From NCBI RefSeq assembly GCF_040938485.1, contig NW_027270892.1, positions 1,116,001 through 1,180,000 of the forward strand: a DNA stretch of 64,000 bases, in the 5' to 3' direction. Within the stretch, counting starts at the first letter, position 1; each line of letters starts with the position of its first letter. The position numbers and the translations under genes are program-made. This DNA comes from Diadema antillarum (lineage: Eukaryota). Shown here in pieces: positions 26,915 through 40,000 of this stretch. Below the pieces are notes generated by a model. That model did no database searches, was not told where the DNA came from, and saw only the letters and a program-made list of their open reading frames with translations.

Positions 26915-28351
26915 TTTTTATGCCTCCGCCACGAAGTGGTGCCGGAGGCATTAGGGGGTGTTTCATCAACGAGTTCGTCGGAGGTTTTCACCGACAAATT
27001 TGCTATCAGCCAATCAGAAGCAAGGATTTCAGTAGCTTTTAACAGTTGTCAGTGCAAATCACCGACAAAAAGTTTCATGAAATGGTATGTTTTCGGGTTG
27101 TCCGTCCGTCCGTCCGTACATCCGTCCGCGTTCGTTTACGCGATAACTTGAGTAATATTGACTGGAATTTTACCGAACTTGGTCCAAGTATAAAGTATGA
27201 TGGGGCAATGGCTTGATTAGATTTTTGGCGAAATTGGCTAAAGGGTAGAGGTCAAAGGTCAAGGTCAAATCATGAAATTGTATCCGTTTACGCGATAACT
27301 CAAGACTGGATCGAGCAAATTTCACCAAACTTTGTCCGAGGATGATGTGTGATGAGACAATTACTTGATTAGTTTTTTAGTGAAATCGGACAGAGGTCAA
27401 AGGTCTAAGATCCAGGTCAAATCCTAAAATTTATCTGTTTACTCGATAACTTAAAACTGGATGAAGCAGCTTTCACCAAATTTGGTCCAAGGACGATGTA
27501 TGATGGGGCAATTAGTTGAGTAGATTTTAGTGATATTGGACAGAGATCAAAGGTCAAAAGGTCAAGGTCAAGTGCTAAAAATGTTACTTTTCCCACCATA
27601 TCCATGCTATGCCCGAAGGTATTTTCTTGACACTTAGTGTAGACATATACTATTGCGTAAAGATTTTCCAGAGAGAGTTTCATGTCATAAGGTCAAAGGT
27701 TAGGTGAAAATGGTACAATTTCACTTTTCTCGCAAATAGTTCAATGTATCTTAATGGAACTTGGTAGTCCTACATATGCATGTACTGACTGGCAAGGATT
27801 ATCTAGGGAATTAAGGGGTCATGGGTCAATAGTCAGGGGGTCAAAGGTCAAGGTCTACTCCTCAAAATTTTACTATTTCCCTCATATGCTAGTATATATG
27901 CAATGCTTGCATTATTAGTTTTAAAACTTTATATATACATGTATTACCTAATGGAGATTCTCTGGGAAATTTCCAGCCAGAAGGTCAAAAAGGTTAAGGG
28001 TCAAAGGCCAGGTTTAAATGAAAAAAAAAATCTATTTTGTGCTGTAATTACACTCTTTCTTCATACCTCGAAAATTACTCAATGCATAAACTTATAAAAG
28101 GGTCGGTCAGAAGTCAAGTAAAAATCCTCAATTCCCCAAATACGTGTACCTGCACTCTTAGACAATTACAACAAACCCAGCTCAAGGAAAGTGAGCATTC
28201 AAGATATTTCTGACAAACCTGTCATTTCAATATTTTGCCAGTTATGTGAAATTGTCATCACACATTATGAAGCAGACATTGTATTATACACCTATTGGGA
28301 GAATCATGCATTATGGCGGAGGCGTCAGTCGCCATAGCGACACTTCTAGTT
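26915..28351 (+). mobile_element. Helentron-associated (HINE/DINE-1-like) non-autonomous element
   Basis: Subterminal inverted repeat ATGCCTCCGCCA / TGGCGGAGGCGT, (GTCC)n microsatellite near the 5' end, three ~150-bp internal units, 3' stem-loop GTCGC-CATA-GCGAC followed by ACTTCTAGTT, T-rich 5' flank. Confidence 0.7.
26954..27085. mobile_element. 132-bp MITE nested in the HINE-like element, TA target duplication
   Basis: Interrupts GGAGGCATTA|TGTTTTCGGG with TA on both sides; imperfect TIR core TTTCATSAA. Confidence 0.55.
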
Positions 28352-28729
28352 CTCATTAAACCATAACTGTCGACGGTTTATTCTGAAAACATTTTTATTA
28401 TAACTATTGTTCAAATTTTGCGTATTTACATCATGTAACATCAGTTAACATCGATTATACTGGTACATATTTTTACATTGGTTGTTTCTATCCCTAACTC
28501 ACATGTTAGAACTATTCTGAACACCAGTACTGTCAATTGTACAAAGCTTTTTTATAGTATTGAATCACATGGGGAGAAACACACACGCTGTCATTTCAAC
28601 AGAACAGAGACTGAAATAATCGTGACCTGTTGTGAGAGGCCCGCTTACCCATGGTCTTTCTTGTTCGACAGAGGTCTTTAAATAATACAAATAATGTCAT
28701 GTACTATAGCAGGCCTACTACTAGTATAC

Positions 28730-28840
28730 TAACCTATTACTACTTTATAGGCCCTATTACTACTGTACTACTACGATTACTACTACTGCTGCTGCTGCTA
28801 CTACTATTATACTATATACTACTACTATTACTATTACTAT

Positions 28841-28893
<53 letters not shown>

Positions 28894-28960
28894 TTATATA
28901 CTACTACTGCTACTGCTATCTTCACTACTCAATACTACTCATGCTAATATACTACACCTT
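28730..28960. repeat. (TAC)n / (TAT)n microsatellite
   Basis: Directly visible. Confidence 0.92.
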
Positions 28961-30624
28961 CTATACCTTTACTAAAAATGTAGTGGGCTTATTGATAGTA
29001 CGAAATCCAAGGACTGCCGAACCCGGTAAAAGCAGGGAATGCCTTGGATCTCTCTCCCCCCCCCCCCTCTTTAAAAAAAGAAAATGGCTGTAAAAAAAAA
29101 AGGAAGAAAAAAGTACATCTCAAATCAGGATGACCCTTTAAAATCCAACCTTATCTTGGATTTAGCACTGAGATATTCCTCTCCCCCAATATCCCTCTTT
29201 GGCCGGTCAGCCCCGAATATTCAAAACGTTTGAAAAACAAAAAGAGATCTGTACTCGAACAAGTAATAATGATATTCATCCCCGTCCCTCTTCAGTAGGA
29301 GCGTAAAGTTGGGGGGGGGGGGGGGGGGGGGGAGGGGGCGGCAAACCAGCCAAGACTGGTGTAACGTCAGGGATGCCAAGTTCACAAAAAATCTTATGAG
29401 TGAGATATTCATGACTCGGCATCTCGGCATGCGAATGTGCGCGCGAGCGAGGACGTGGGAGGGGTCCCCCCCCCCCCCCTGTGGCCTCCCACGGTAGGGA
29501 GCTTTTTCAATTTTTAGCTCTTAATGGTGTGATCAAGTGCATACTTAAGTGACTATTTTTTACTTATTTTGAAAGACAAAAGGGAAATATACCTTCAATT
29601 GCAACTATCACTTTAATCTTTTGAGCTATGTTCATTATTATAGGCCCAAGTTGCAGACTTCGCCCGATGCGTGAAAAAAATGGGTGTCATGCGTGAGATC
29701 GTGAGATGGCCCCTAAATGCTTGAGTCTCACGCAGAATGCGTGAGACTTGGTAGCTCTGTAACGTTTGTATCCATCACTTCGTGGTGATAGGCATTATAA
29801 TATTGGGATTTTTCTTCATGTGGTGTCCCGCGTCATTTCCAAAGGTGGATAGAAGTGCAGTATCAATCCCTGACACGCACATTTGCATTGGGCACACTAG
29901 ATTATAGCTTGTCTGATCCGTCAAATATTCTGATGATTCGTGGATGGGCTTGACAGAATGATGTGCACATTGTATGTGACTATATGCGTCTGCTTGTTGA
30001 GACACTGCAATATGCATAGTGAGGACGAGTTGGTTCTATGGTAAAATTGGCTGTATTTATTACTAGCATTACACGTGCCTCCAAGTATAAGGGTTCGATA
30101 ACTAGTGCGCCAAAAGTAGGAATCTAAAGAATCAATGTTTGGACATCAAGTAGCTGTAAACCCCCTGATCTCCGATCTGTCGGCGTTGCGGGATCCTGAG
30201 ATCAGTTTTCAGTCTGAAGAGTGAAGGGTCATGGCCAAGGCATAACTTCCACAAACGATGGGTTCAATATGCGCGAGTTGGTTTCCCTGAGTCAACTCTG
30301 CCTATAGATGCATGTTAACAGAATATACGTGATTTTAAAGCGAAAAAAACCCCCAAACAAACCACAAACAAACCTTAAAGCAAAAGTGCTGTAAGGGCAC
30401 TATCCTTCTCAAGAACTGTAATGCATTGAAAAGAGAGAAATAGTGAATGCACGAATGAATAGATTTACTTATGTAGATATATTGATAGATACATTGATAG
30501 ATATATGAATAAATAAATATATAAACGAATAAACATACATGCAACAAAATGAATTGTAAAGCAAAATACGAGTTGCGTGATGGACGATAGTCACATCGTC
30601 TCCAGAGCAGATTGTATTTATCTT

Positions 30625-30945
30625 TCATCGCAGGGGATCCCCCGAGATCATGCTAACCACGCCCCTATAAAAGGCAACAATGAACATAACGTACATCGCG
30701 AGAATGACGACCTGCTCGCACCACGCGAGTTTCCACTGAGCTTCGTCAGATTTCGGATTCCAGTTCAGAGTCTCTCTTCCGGCGCTTCTGCTCGAGGTCT
30801 TGTCCGCCAGTGTAGCCGGCAATCGTCGCTGATGTCGGCGCTTTCGTGGTGCAGCTCCGCGCCAGCGGCGTCCGAAGGGGAAAGCAGCGTTCCACCACCT
30901 CTCCGGCGGGTTTCCATGGTGGTCGACGGTCTGGAAAATCGCCAT
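30625..30945 (-). CDS. Overlapping 106-aa ORF with a C-terminal hydrophobic (tail-anchor-like) segment
   Basis: MAIFQTVDHHG...KLAWCEQVVILAMYVMFIVAFYRGVVSMISGDPLR*; start context agtATGG; C/G-rich third codon positions. Confidence 0.35.
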   Translation of the reverse strand: MAIFQTVDHHGNPPERWWNAAFPFGRRWRGAAPRKRRHQRRLPATLADKTSSRSAGRETLNWNPKSDEAQWKLAWCEQVVILAMYVMFIVAFYRGVVSMISGDPLR

Positions 30946-31270
30946 ACTCGTCTCCCACCGAGCAGACGACGAAGTCCCTGTCCTCGGACAGACGTAGAGG
31001 GCGTTTACCCCGCCTAGGGTGGAGATGAGGCGCCCACTTGTTGAAAAGCATCGACTCAAACCTTGGGGATATGACGACAAAAATTTGACAAGACAATATT
31101 ATCAACTTTCTCTATCACAACCTTATCAACACCGTTATCATCATCAATCATAATCATCATCGTCTTTACAGCCATGTTCATATTAGCAATGTCATCTTCG
31201 CTATGATTTTCTGGGACAGTTCTCACTCCAAAAATGACATATTTGAAAACACAAAAAGAAGAAAAACAGC

Positions 31271-31301
<31 letters not shown>

Positions 31302-34300
31302 AAACGAAACTAACAGGAACAATAAACTGCCTAAGAAATGAGTAAAGAATAAGCAGGAGAGAGCAACCATTTTATATCATTGATTTATGTTTTACCATGG
31401 GAAAGGAATTTAGTGAAAAAATAAATATCAAAATTACCTGTTTGAAAATGCATCACGACATTTTCCAGAGCATTGACATGTTACATTACGTAATGACAAA
31501 CTCCTTTTACCCTCCTGATCTGGTGAAAGCCCAATGTGTAATTTTAAATTTTAGAAAGTCCTGTTGATAATGATTATAACCTCTTGTCTTTCCGTATATG
31601 CGATATTAGATAAGCTGTAATAATTATTTACCCCGGATGCATAATATGAAAATTAAAAGAGCTGCTTCACTTAGGCCCCTTGGAAGATTTGTAAAATACT
31701 AGTGCTCGCCGCTCGAACTCGCATAGTGGGAGAAATTGCTTTATCGAACACGGAAGGACGTAATTGTTGTGAAGTTCAATTGATTCTGTAGTCTTTCAGT
31801 CTAAGGATAATGCTCTCCGTGTTGAAGTTGACCCCCTCCCAAAAAAAAAAAAAAATCAAAGTCAAGTCAAACATAATATACGGAAGAGAGGAAGTTTTAT
31901 AACGCGCAGATAAACTATAAGGAAGTTGCGGACTTTTCACTAAAAAACGATATTAAATATGAACAAAATGCATTATAGAAATAGGATCTATAGATGATAG
32001 CATCGGTGTTGCTGCAAAATTAATGAATTCAACTCAATTCTATACGTAGAACTGGGTTTCGCATTAAAGGGATGGTATAGTTTTGGTTGAGACGAGAATA
32101 CGGGCTCTAACTTTGCGAAATAATGAAATAGTAAAGAGCATACAATAATTCTTAGAGGAATTCAAAGTTTACTTGATAAAAATAGTTTTTGAAAGGGCTT
32201 AGATATCCAAAAACAAAGCAAACAAAGTGGTCCTGGTAATAAATTAGGGTGAGTCCTTCTAAGGACTTCTTTGTTTTGGGGTAGAAGTTGGTTCTATCTA
32301 AGCAATTTCAAAACCGATTTTCATGAATTAAACTTCTAATTTCTCTTAGAATTGTATGCTCTTTGATATTTCATATAAGGCCAAGTAAAAAAAGAAACCA
32401 GTTTCTCGTCCTCGCGCGCATCGATTTTGGCCGCCGCATCGATTTTTTTACTATTTACTATTTTCAAAATGGCGCTGAAAATACCAAGAAATTCATAATT
32501 CTCGTCCCAGCCCGCTCCCCGCCCGCATCGATTTTCAGTTGCCGCATCGACTTTTTTGATATTTACTATTTTTTCGGCCGCCGAAAAAAAAAAAAAATCG
32601 ACAATTCACCTACCAATCGTGATGTCTCATTTCTAATCACGCCTTGCGTCCTCTACCCCGCTGTAGTACAGCTGTAGCATCTGTAGTGCGTATGTGATAA
32701 CGCATGCATTTCACACTGCGAGCTCGGCAAGAAGGCATGACCCACAAAGCAGTCGAACTGTGGTTGGGGATGGGCGCGCGGGCTAGGGCTATGATGTACA
32801 GCGCACTCGGTACGTCGTGAACGCGATATAGCGGCAACATTTTTGCGAACAATCGCTGATATTCCTCGTATATTTCGCGCATTGTTCGTATTTTTCCCCG
32901 TTTCTCATATATTAAGCGAATGAATTGTACTGTACAAATGCTTGTGAGGATTGTATCGAGTTTGTATACATTTTCAGGTCATTGTGACTATGTGCATATG
33001 TGTGCAGTGTCCGAAGGTACGGTGCCAGTGCAGTGGCCGTGCCGGCCGCGTATGCGTGTCTGTAGCTGTCGGGGTCCCCATCCCCTGGTCTGTCAGCTGT
33101 TTGCACGCACGCATGAACACATTCGAATGTGTAGAGGCCCGTACACTCTGCTCTGTAAACGTTGCATCTGACGGCGATGTATTGTTCTATTTTGAAAAGA
33201 AAATGAATGCGCTTTTCCAGCAAATGTAGAATTATTAAATGGGTGTATCTACAAAATAAATAACTTTTCCACGGATTCTGGTTTGTCTCGTATTTCTGCG
33301 GGATACTTTTCTTTACGATGTAAATTCACGGACACGGCCTTGAGTCTATCACCTGTAGTGTGATACAATCATTCATCATCCAAATGATGAGTGATTATCA
33401 AATGTCTTTTTAGAACACGAAGAAACATCTTTAAGATAAGTTTAATGCTATAATGCCATATCAGTATCATTTTGACATTCATCTGCAATTGTACAAGCCA
33501 GTTTCCGGATGAATACATGTGCTACAATTATACTGTGAAGAGATGCAGATACATACCAGCTGTGTGGACACAAAAAGTCACAAACACCAATGATAAATAA
33601 AAGCAGTGTTTTGAATATCATGGAATTTATTTCAGTCGTACTGTACATTTGTTGATAGAATGTTTTATACCTGTTTCAATTAATAGCACAATACATCAGA
33701 ATTGCAAGTACACTGGTATCAGAAATGCCATTACAACACTAAATACCAGTACATTGCACATATTAAGATGGTCATTTTCCCTTGACACCTGTAGTGGAGA
33801 GAAAAAGCAAATGTATTTCTGCATTCATGAAGTTTCATTTCAAGTATGGTACAAAGTGTACATATATCTATTTGTTTGAAAATGCACAGAGTGCAGGCAA
33901 GACATACACTTGGGACCTGGTCTCTCATAACACAGCTACCAGAGTGATATTTCATTTCATAAATTGGATATAGAAAATAGTAAAGCCCTCTCTCGTTACC
34001 TTTCTCAGAATTACCGGACGAGAAACACATATTACTTTCATTTTGACAATCCTCGAAAAAATAGTAAGATATCAAATAGTAAGGACCTCCCTCATCGCCT
34101 TGCTCAAAAAACCCGGACGAGAAACTACTTTCTTTTTTTACTTGGCCTAAGTAGTTTTTAATCATTTCGCAAAAAGTTGAAACCTAAATCCCCATCTCAA
34201 CCAAAACTATAATATCCCTTTAAGTTTATGGCTGTGTATATACGTCCATACCTCACCTGTTTCCAATGCCTAAACTTTCTTTAATCGCCCGCTCTTGACA

Positions 34301-34345
34301 GGCCATGCAGCTTTCCAAATACAAGCTGATATCGTCTCCACCCAT
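30746..34345 (-). CDS. Uncharacterised 134-aa spliced ORF join(34345-34257,31061-30746)
   Basis: MGGDDISLYLESCMACQERAIKESLGIGN AG|gtgagg ... ccccaag|G FESMLFNKWAPH...DSELESEI*. Phase 2 matches; GC-rich, coding-like codons; upstream in-frame stop. Probable 5' exon ends at 35847 (ATG|gtgagt). Confidence 0.5.
32068..34219. mobile_element. 2.15-kb Kolobok-like non-autonomous element (TTAA target)
   Basis: TTAA|AGGGATGGTATAGTTTTGGTTGAGA ... TCTCAACCAAAACTATAATATCCCT|TTAA. Confidence 0.8.
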
Positions 34346-34539
34346 GGGATCTTATATGCTTTATCGCCCTCTCTTATTATGGTAAGCTCAGCAGCTCTTT
34401 CAGGAGGGAACGTCGCTGATTAAGGCATGATTGTGATTTGTCTGTCGTGGAAGAGCGAAAGAAGAGGGGGGGGGGGACAAAGAGAAAGTGGTTAGTGGTT
34501 ATTTTGACATTTACTATAACTATTTATCTCCTTCTTTCA

Positions 34540-35340
34540 AAAAGTACAGGCCACCCATTCGGTGTATTATGAGCCTTTCACTGATTTTTGAAATGTTCTT
34601 CGTAAATAACAGCATCCATCATCATGATACTCGTAACAGTAATTTATTTCATATGTTTAAGGTTAATACAACTTTTGCTAAACAATCTGTCCGTTTTAAT
34701 CTCCCCGTTATTTGGAATTCTTTGTCAAATGATATAGGATGTCCAAAATATGTAAGGATGCTTAAAAATCTCTAAAAAAGTACTTTCTTCACAAATACTG
34801 AACCATATCTTTTTTTTGCACATTTTCATAATTATGATTGTTACATCTAGACCTCTATGTTTTTGTTCTAATCTTGTCTCGAAACTGCAAAACACTCAGT
34901 GTGCCTCCATATTCTAGTATGATGGGGGGGGGGGGGGTTCCGGACACTTACCTATTTTACATAGAATATGCACCCTTTACCTTAAAATACTTGATATAGA
35001 CTCCTCATTGTTAGACAACATACTCTGAAAACGGCGTGAGAATTAACCTGCTAAATCGTTGGATTTCCCCTTCAAAGCGACTCCATGTACGCGTCCGGTC
35101 CCACAATGCTTGGTCATACTCATACATTTTACTGTGCCTCAGGGAACTTATTTCATACAAGGCCCCAAGGCTTTTCTCTAGACCTAGTTCTCTTTTTCAT
35201 TTCCATGACGTGTTTGATTTGGCAAATATGCAAACTTGAACTTTGTTTATCTATATTATGTCAATTTCGATCGATTATTGTTTTGTGTGTTTTGTAACCA
35301 CTGATTTTATTGGAATGAATTTAACGAAACGAAACGAAGC
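34540..35340 (+). mobile_element. CR1/L2-type LINE 3' end fragment
   Basis: NNSIHHHDTRNSNLFHMFKVNTTFAKQSVRFNLPVIWNSL is a typical CR1/L2 ORF2 C-terminus; followed by a 3' UTR and an (AACG)n-like tail. Confidence 0.65.
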
Positions 35341-35949
35341 ATGCAGATTCTACAGTGAACTGCTAAGAAGGAGGCTATATGAACAGTAATAGTTAGAACG
35401 TGTGCAGCTTAAAACTCCTCCTGCCCTCCAGCGGAGCTGAAGATTTTGCACCTCTTCCAACATTTGACAATAATATAATTGGCAATAAAGTTCTTGCAGT
35501 AAAACGTCTGATAATCACGAACATAATCAAATTCACGTAAATGTATAGAGCTACACCACAGATGAATACTAAGTATCCATTGTAATCCGTGTCATAAAAT
35601 GACCAAAACTTTGTACCCTAGTATGATCGAAAAGTTATGATGAAAGCATAAAATAGTCTACTATACTACAGTACTGTACAAACTGTACAATTTGTACGTA
35701 AGATTTGTGAAAAAGAGGACAGCGAGTTGTATACGCGCTTTGATGCTCTTATGATAACTCCAAAGAAAGCGATCTTCCTTTTAGAACCTTTACAGAAATT
35801 ATTTACACAGCGGTAGAAAGGTAGACACAGTGGAGCTTGTACTCACCATGCAAAATCAATCGATCAGTGGATCACAGTTGTTGCTATTTCATCTAAACCG
35901 ATCACAAAATGACTGTCAAACTGTAGAATGAACGAAAATGACATCTAAA

Positions 35950-36110
35950 TAAAAGGCGCGCATTTCCTCACAGATCAATTGCGCATAGCAACGTCTGCGC
36001 GACCGCACCCTGAAAGCTGTCTTCTGACACGCGTACAGCGCATCCCTCTTTCCCCTTTTTTTTGGCTTCATTTGCTTTTTGTGACGTCACAGCAAACACT
36101 TGACAAGCGT
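35950..36110. promoter_or_regulatory. Candidate bidirectional promoter with a CRE palindrome (GTGACGTCAC, 36081-36090)
   Basis: CpG-rich patch between a minus-strand first exon (donor 35846) and the ACSF2-like ATG (36953); TGACGTCA is the established CREB/ATF site. Confidence 0.4.
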
Positions 36111-36559
36111 CTGCCAAAATAACTACACTTGTAGCCCACAATCATGTCCTACAAAATGTTGATGTTGCTTCTTGAACTCTCAGTGCCTCATTTGAACTTG
36201 ACATTGATGAGATGTATGAATACAAAACAAAAAACACACCCCATTGCAAAGCAAAGGGACTTGGAAGAAAAAAGCTATGACGTAGCATTTATTTGTCCAG
36301 AAATTGACTGAACCCCGGCTGAAGAACTTGCCCTCGGCAATTGACCGTCCTGTCTAGTTTAAAAAGGTGCATCACAGTCTGTTAAAATTAGTTACAATTT
36401 CATAATGTGATCTACTCGGCGAATGAACCCAGTTGAGACGTTAAGGGCACCGACGGGTCCGTTCACCTCAAGGGAAATTCCATCCCGATATAAGCTGTAT
36501 ACTCTCAATGAAAACAGACCATTCAGAAAAATGGATCAGTGAAAATTTAGGAAACCAAA

Positions 36560-36564
<5 letters not shown>

Positions 36565-36608
<44 letters not shown>
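36565..36608. repeat. (CA)n microsatellite
   Basis: Directly visible. Confidence 0.95.
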
Positions 36609-36610
<2 letters not shown>

Positions 36611-36952
36611 GAACTGTAAGAGTTTCTTCTGTTCGTGAGTAATGAGTTTCTTTCCACAACAGAGAGATAGAATGTAAACTATTGTTCCTAAGTGGAATCG
36701 CAAAGGCTTAACGAATCCTTCTGAAAAGTCTACAGGTGATGTCAGAAGTCAAATAAAAGAGTGTGTGTGCCATTGCTGGTCTCCTCTTTCTTTATATGTC
36801 TGGTATAGCGCCCGCACATTCGACATAATTCGACGTTTGTTCCAGCCATACCTCGGGAGTTGTCCAAACTTCGAGGTTGTCCAAAGGTTGACTCGTTAGT
36901 TGTCTGGGATCAGGTCAAGAAATTATATAAACAAGGTATATTTGGAGTGGGC

Positions 36953-37074
36953 ATGGCTCTCCTGTTGCTGCAGAGTGTGTCTAAACTGTTACTACGGCGA
37001 AATGGAGGTGTTGTGCTTAGTGCGACTCGGCCATGTCTTCTGCGGATGGGCTTTGGGAACCCAGAGAAAGACGG
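36953..37074 (+). CDS. ACSF2: ACSF2-like exon 1 (transit-peptide-like)
   Basis: [42 protein letters not shown]|gtaggt; Arg/Leu/Ser-rich; phase 2 matches exon 2. Confidence 0.65.
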
Positions 37075-40000
37075 GTAGGTTACCATGGGACAAAAACAAT
37101 GTTTATGAATGTTCAGATGATATGCGTGTATATTATATGCACTTCGGAGAGTGTGTGTTTCGAATAAGTTTGGCTCTGCGTCGGGGCTGGGGATGAAACC
37201 AGAAACTAACGCGAGGTGGCCTTTTGACATTGCTCATTGCGTTTGTGCAATTGTGTATGTTTAGGCCTACAGCGAAAGCGTCATTAATCAATATCGTACT
37301 AAACGTCTACAAAAATGGACCTGATCGCTTTGGACTCCACTAGAAAGCGGATTATTATTTCAAAGAAAATGTCAGTTTATGTTTGTGGTGTATGAATAGG
37401 AAAAAAAACACCAACAACAACCAAAAACGGTAAAGCTTTAGTTATGATGAGATATTCAGTAAGAATTAATCGAATCGAAGGAATGCCATGTTAATTCGAA
37501 TCAGTCGATTTGGTCTCAAATTTCCCATACTAAGATGAGGAATAAAAGTCGTGTCTTGCGCTCTTCCGAGTATCGCAAGTTCACCTTCTAAACATTCTAG
37601 GAGACTATTACCCGAGAAGAACATGAAGAGTCGTGGTTGGGAAGCTTTGGGAAGCTTTCAAGAGGGCATCATGTCGAAAATCGAAGGAGAGGAGTCCGTA
37701 GTATAATCAACTCAAATGAATTGAATTCAATTCAGTTCAGTTCAATTCAATTCAGTTCAATACATTTATTTCATTCTCATTTTTCTTCCAACAGAACATA
37801 ACACAAAGTAAATCAGGAATTCTATCATAAGCATATCATTGCAAAGTACGGCCCAAGCTCTCTGGTGGATGTGCAGTCTCAAGTTAGGTCGTCCACCACC
37901 ATTATAAAGCAAAATTGAATCTGAACCTCATAAGATAGTCACAATTTAGATTGAAATGCAATTGATTTCTGCTTAACTCATGATAATGCATCGGCACCAT
38001 ATCAAACGCTCAATGAACATTAATAATATCTCAACTGACAACAATTTGCTCTGACACGCTAGACACCATTGAGCTGAATAGCAGTTATTCATTAGAATAT
38101 AAAGATATATATTATGATACCTATCATGTATTGTATGGGATAGGTACATGTATCAGGGGCGTCACCAGCTTTTTTTCAAGGGGGGTGCGTTTTGACACTT
38201 AATGTTTACGAGATTTTTTTGGACAGACATTAATATAGGAAGCTCTCAATCCCTAGACTTTTACTGTTTTTTGAGGGAAACCAAGCGGGGAAAGGGCAAC
38301 GGCGCGCCGGTAGTTCATCGGGGGGGGGGGGGGGGGGGGGGGGGGAGGGTGTGGAAGTGCCGGAGAGGGTTGCATCCCTTATAAATGGATTATGGAATGA
38401 CGGTGTGAAACGACAAATTACTGGCAGGGGCATGAGGGGAATGGCATAACGACTACATACGAGCGAGCGGAGCGAGCGAGCTTGGAAATTTTGACATTTT
38501 ACAGTCCAAAAAACTGCCGTTTGTAGCCATATTTTTTTTTGCTTTGTAAATTAGGGGGGCGCACCGAGCGCAACTGCTGGCAATTACTGGCAGCAATATC
38601 AGGTGAATGGCATGATAATTTAAAAAATGCGAGCGAGCAAAGAGAGCGAGCTTGGAAATTTTGACATTTTGCAGTCCCAAAACTGCCATTTGGAGCCATA
38701 TTTTTTCGCTTTGGAAATAAAGGAGGGGTGGGGCGCAACGGGCGCAACTGCCGGTAATTACTGGCAGCAACATCAGGAGAATTGCATAACGACTACATAC
38801 GAGCGAGCGAGCGAGCGAGCTTGAAAATTTTGACATTTTACAGTCCCAAAACTGCCGTTTGTAGCCATAATTTTTTGCTTTGTAAATTAAGGGGGGTCGC
38901 ACCGAGCGCAACTGCTGGCAATTACTGGCAGCAATATCAGGTGAATGGCATAATGATTAAATGCGAGCGAGCAAAGAGAGTGAGCTTGGAAATTTTGACA
39001 TTTTATAGTCCCAAAACTGCCATTTGGAGCCATATTTTTTCGCTTTGGAAATAAAGGAGGGGTGGGGGCGCAACGGGCGCAACTGCCGGTAATTACTGGC
39101 AGCAACATCAGGAGAATTGCATAACAACTAAATGCGAGCGAGCGAGCTTAAAAATTTTGACATTTTACAGTCCCAAAACTGCCGTTTGTAGCCGTATTTT
39201 TTTTTGCTTTGGAAATTAAGGGGCGCACCAGGCGCAACTGCTGGCAATTACTGGCAGCAACATCTGGTGAATGGCATAACAATTAAATGCGAGCGAGCGA
39301 AGAGAGCGAGCTTGAAAATTTTGACATTTTACAGTCCCAAAACTGCCATTTGGAGGCATATTTTTTCGCTTTGGAAATAAAGGAGGTGGGGGGGGGGGGG
39401 AGGTTCACCGGGCGCAACTGCCGGCAATTACTGGCAGCAACATCAGGAGAATTGGGTAACAATTAAATGCGAGCGAGCGAGCTTGAAAATTTGACATTTT
39501 ACGGTAAAAAACAAACTGCCGTTTGTAGGTTTTCTTCGCTTTAGAATTTAAGGGGGCCCATCGGGCGTAACTGCTGGCAAATACTGGCAGCAATATCAGG
39601 AGAGCATAATGATTACATTCGAGCGAGCAGAACGAACGAGCTTGAAAATTTTACATTTTACAGTCCCAAAACTGCCGTTCTTTTCTTAGCCATATTTTTT
39701 CGCTTTGGAAATTAAGGGGGAAGGGCACCGGGCGGAACTGCTGGCAATTACTGGCAGCAACATCAGGTGAATTGCATAACGATTAAATGCGAGCGAGCGA
39801 AGAGAGCGAGCTTGAAAATTTTACATTTTACAGTCCAAAAACTGCCGTTCTTAGCCACATTTTTTCGCTTTGGAAATTAAGGGGGGCGCACCGGGCGCAA
39901 CGGCAGGCAATTGCTGGTAGGCTATGTAGCAACATCAGAAGAATGGCATAAAGATTAAATGCGAGCGAACGGAGTGAGCGAGCTTGAAAATTTTGACATT

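Noticed and set aside
28651-28947. 98-aa poly-Leu ORF
   Set aside because: Translation of a (TAC)n microsatellite.
30577-31017. 146-aa plus-strand ORF
   Set aside because: It is the in-register antisense of the GC-rich minus-strand ORF, and the splice signals and upstream exons support the minus strand.
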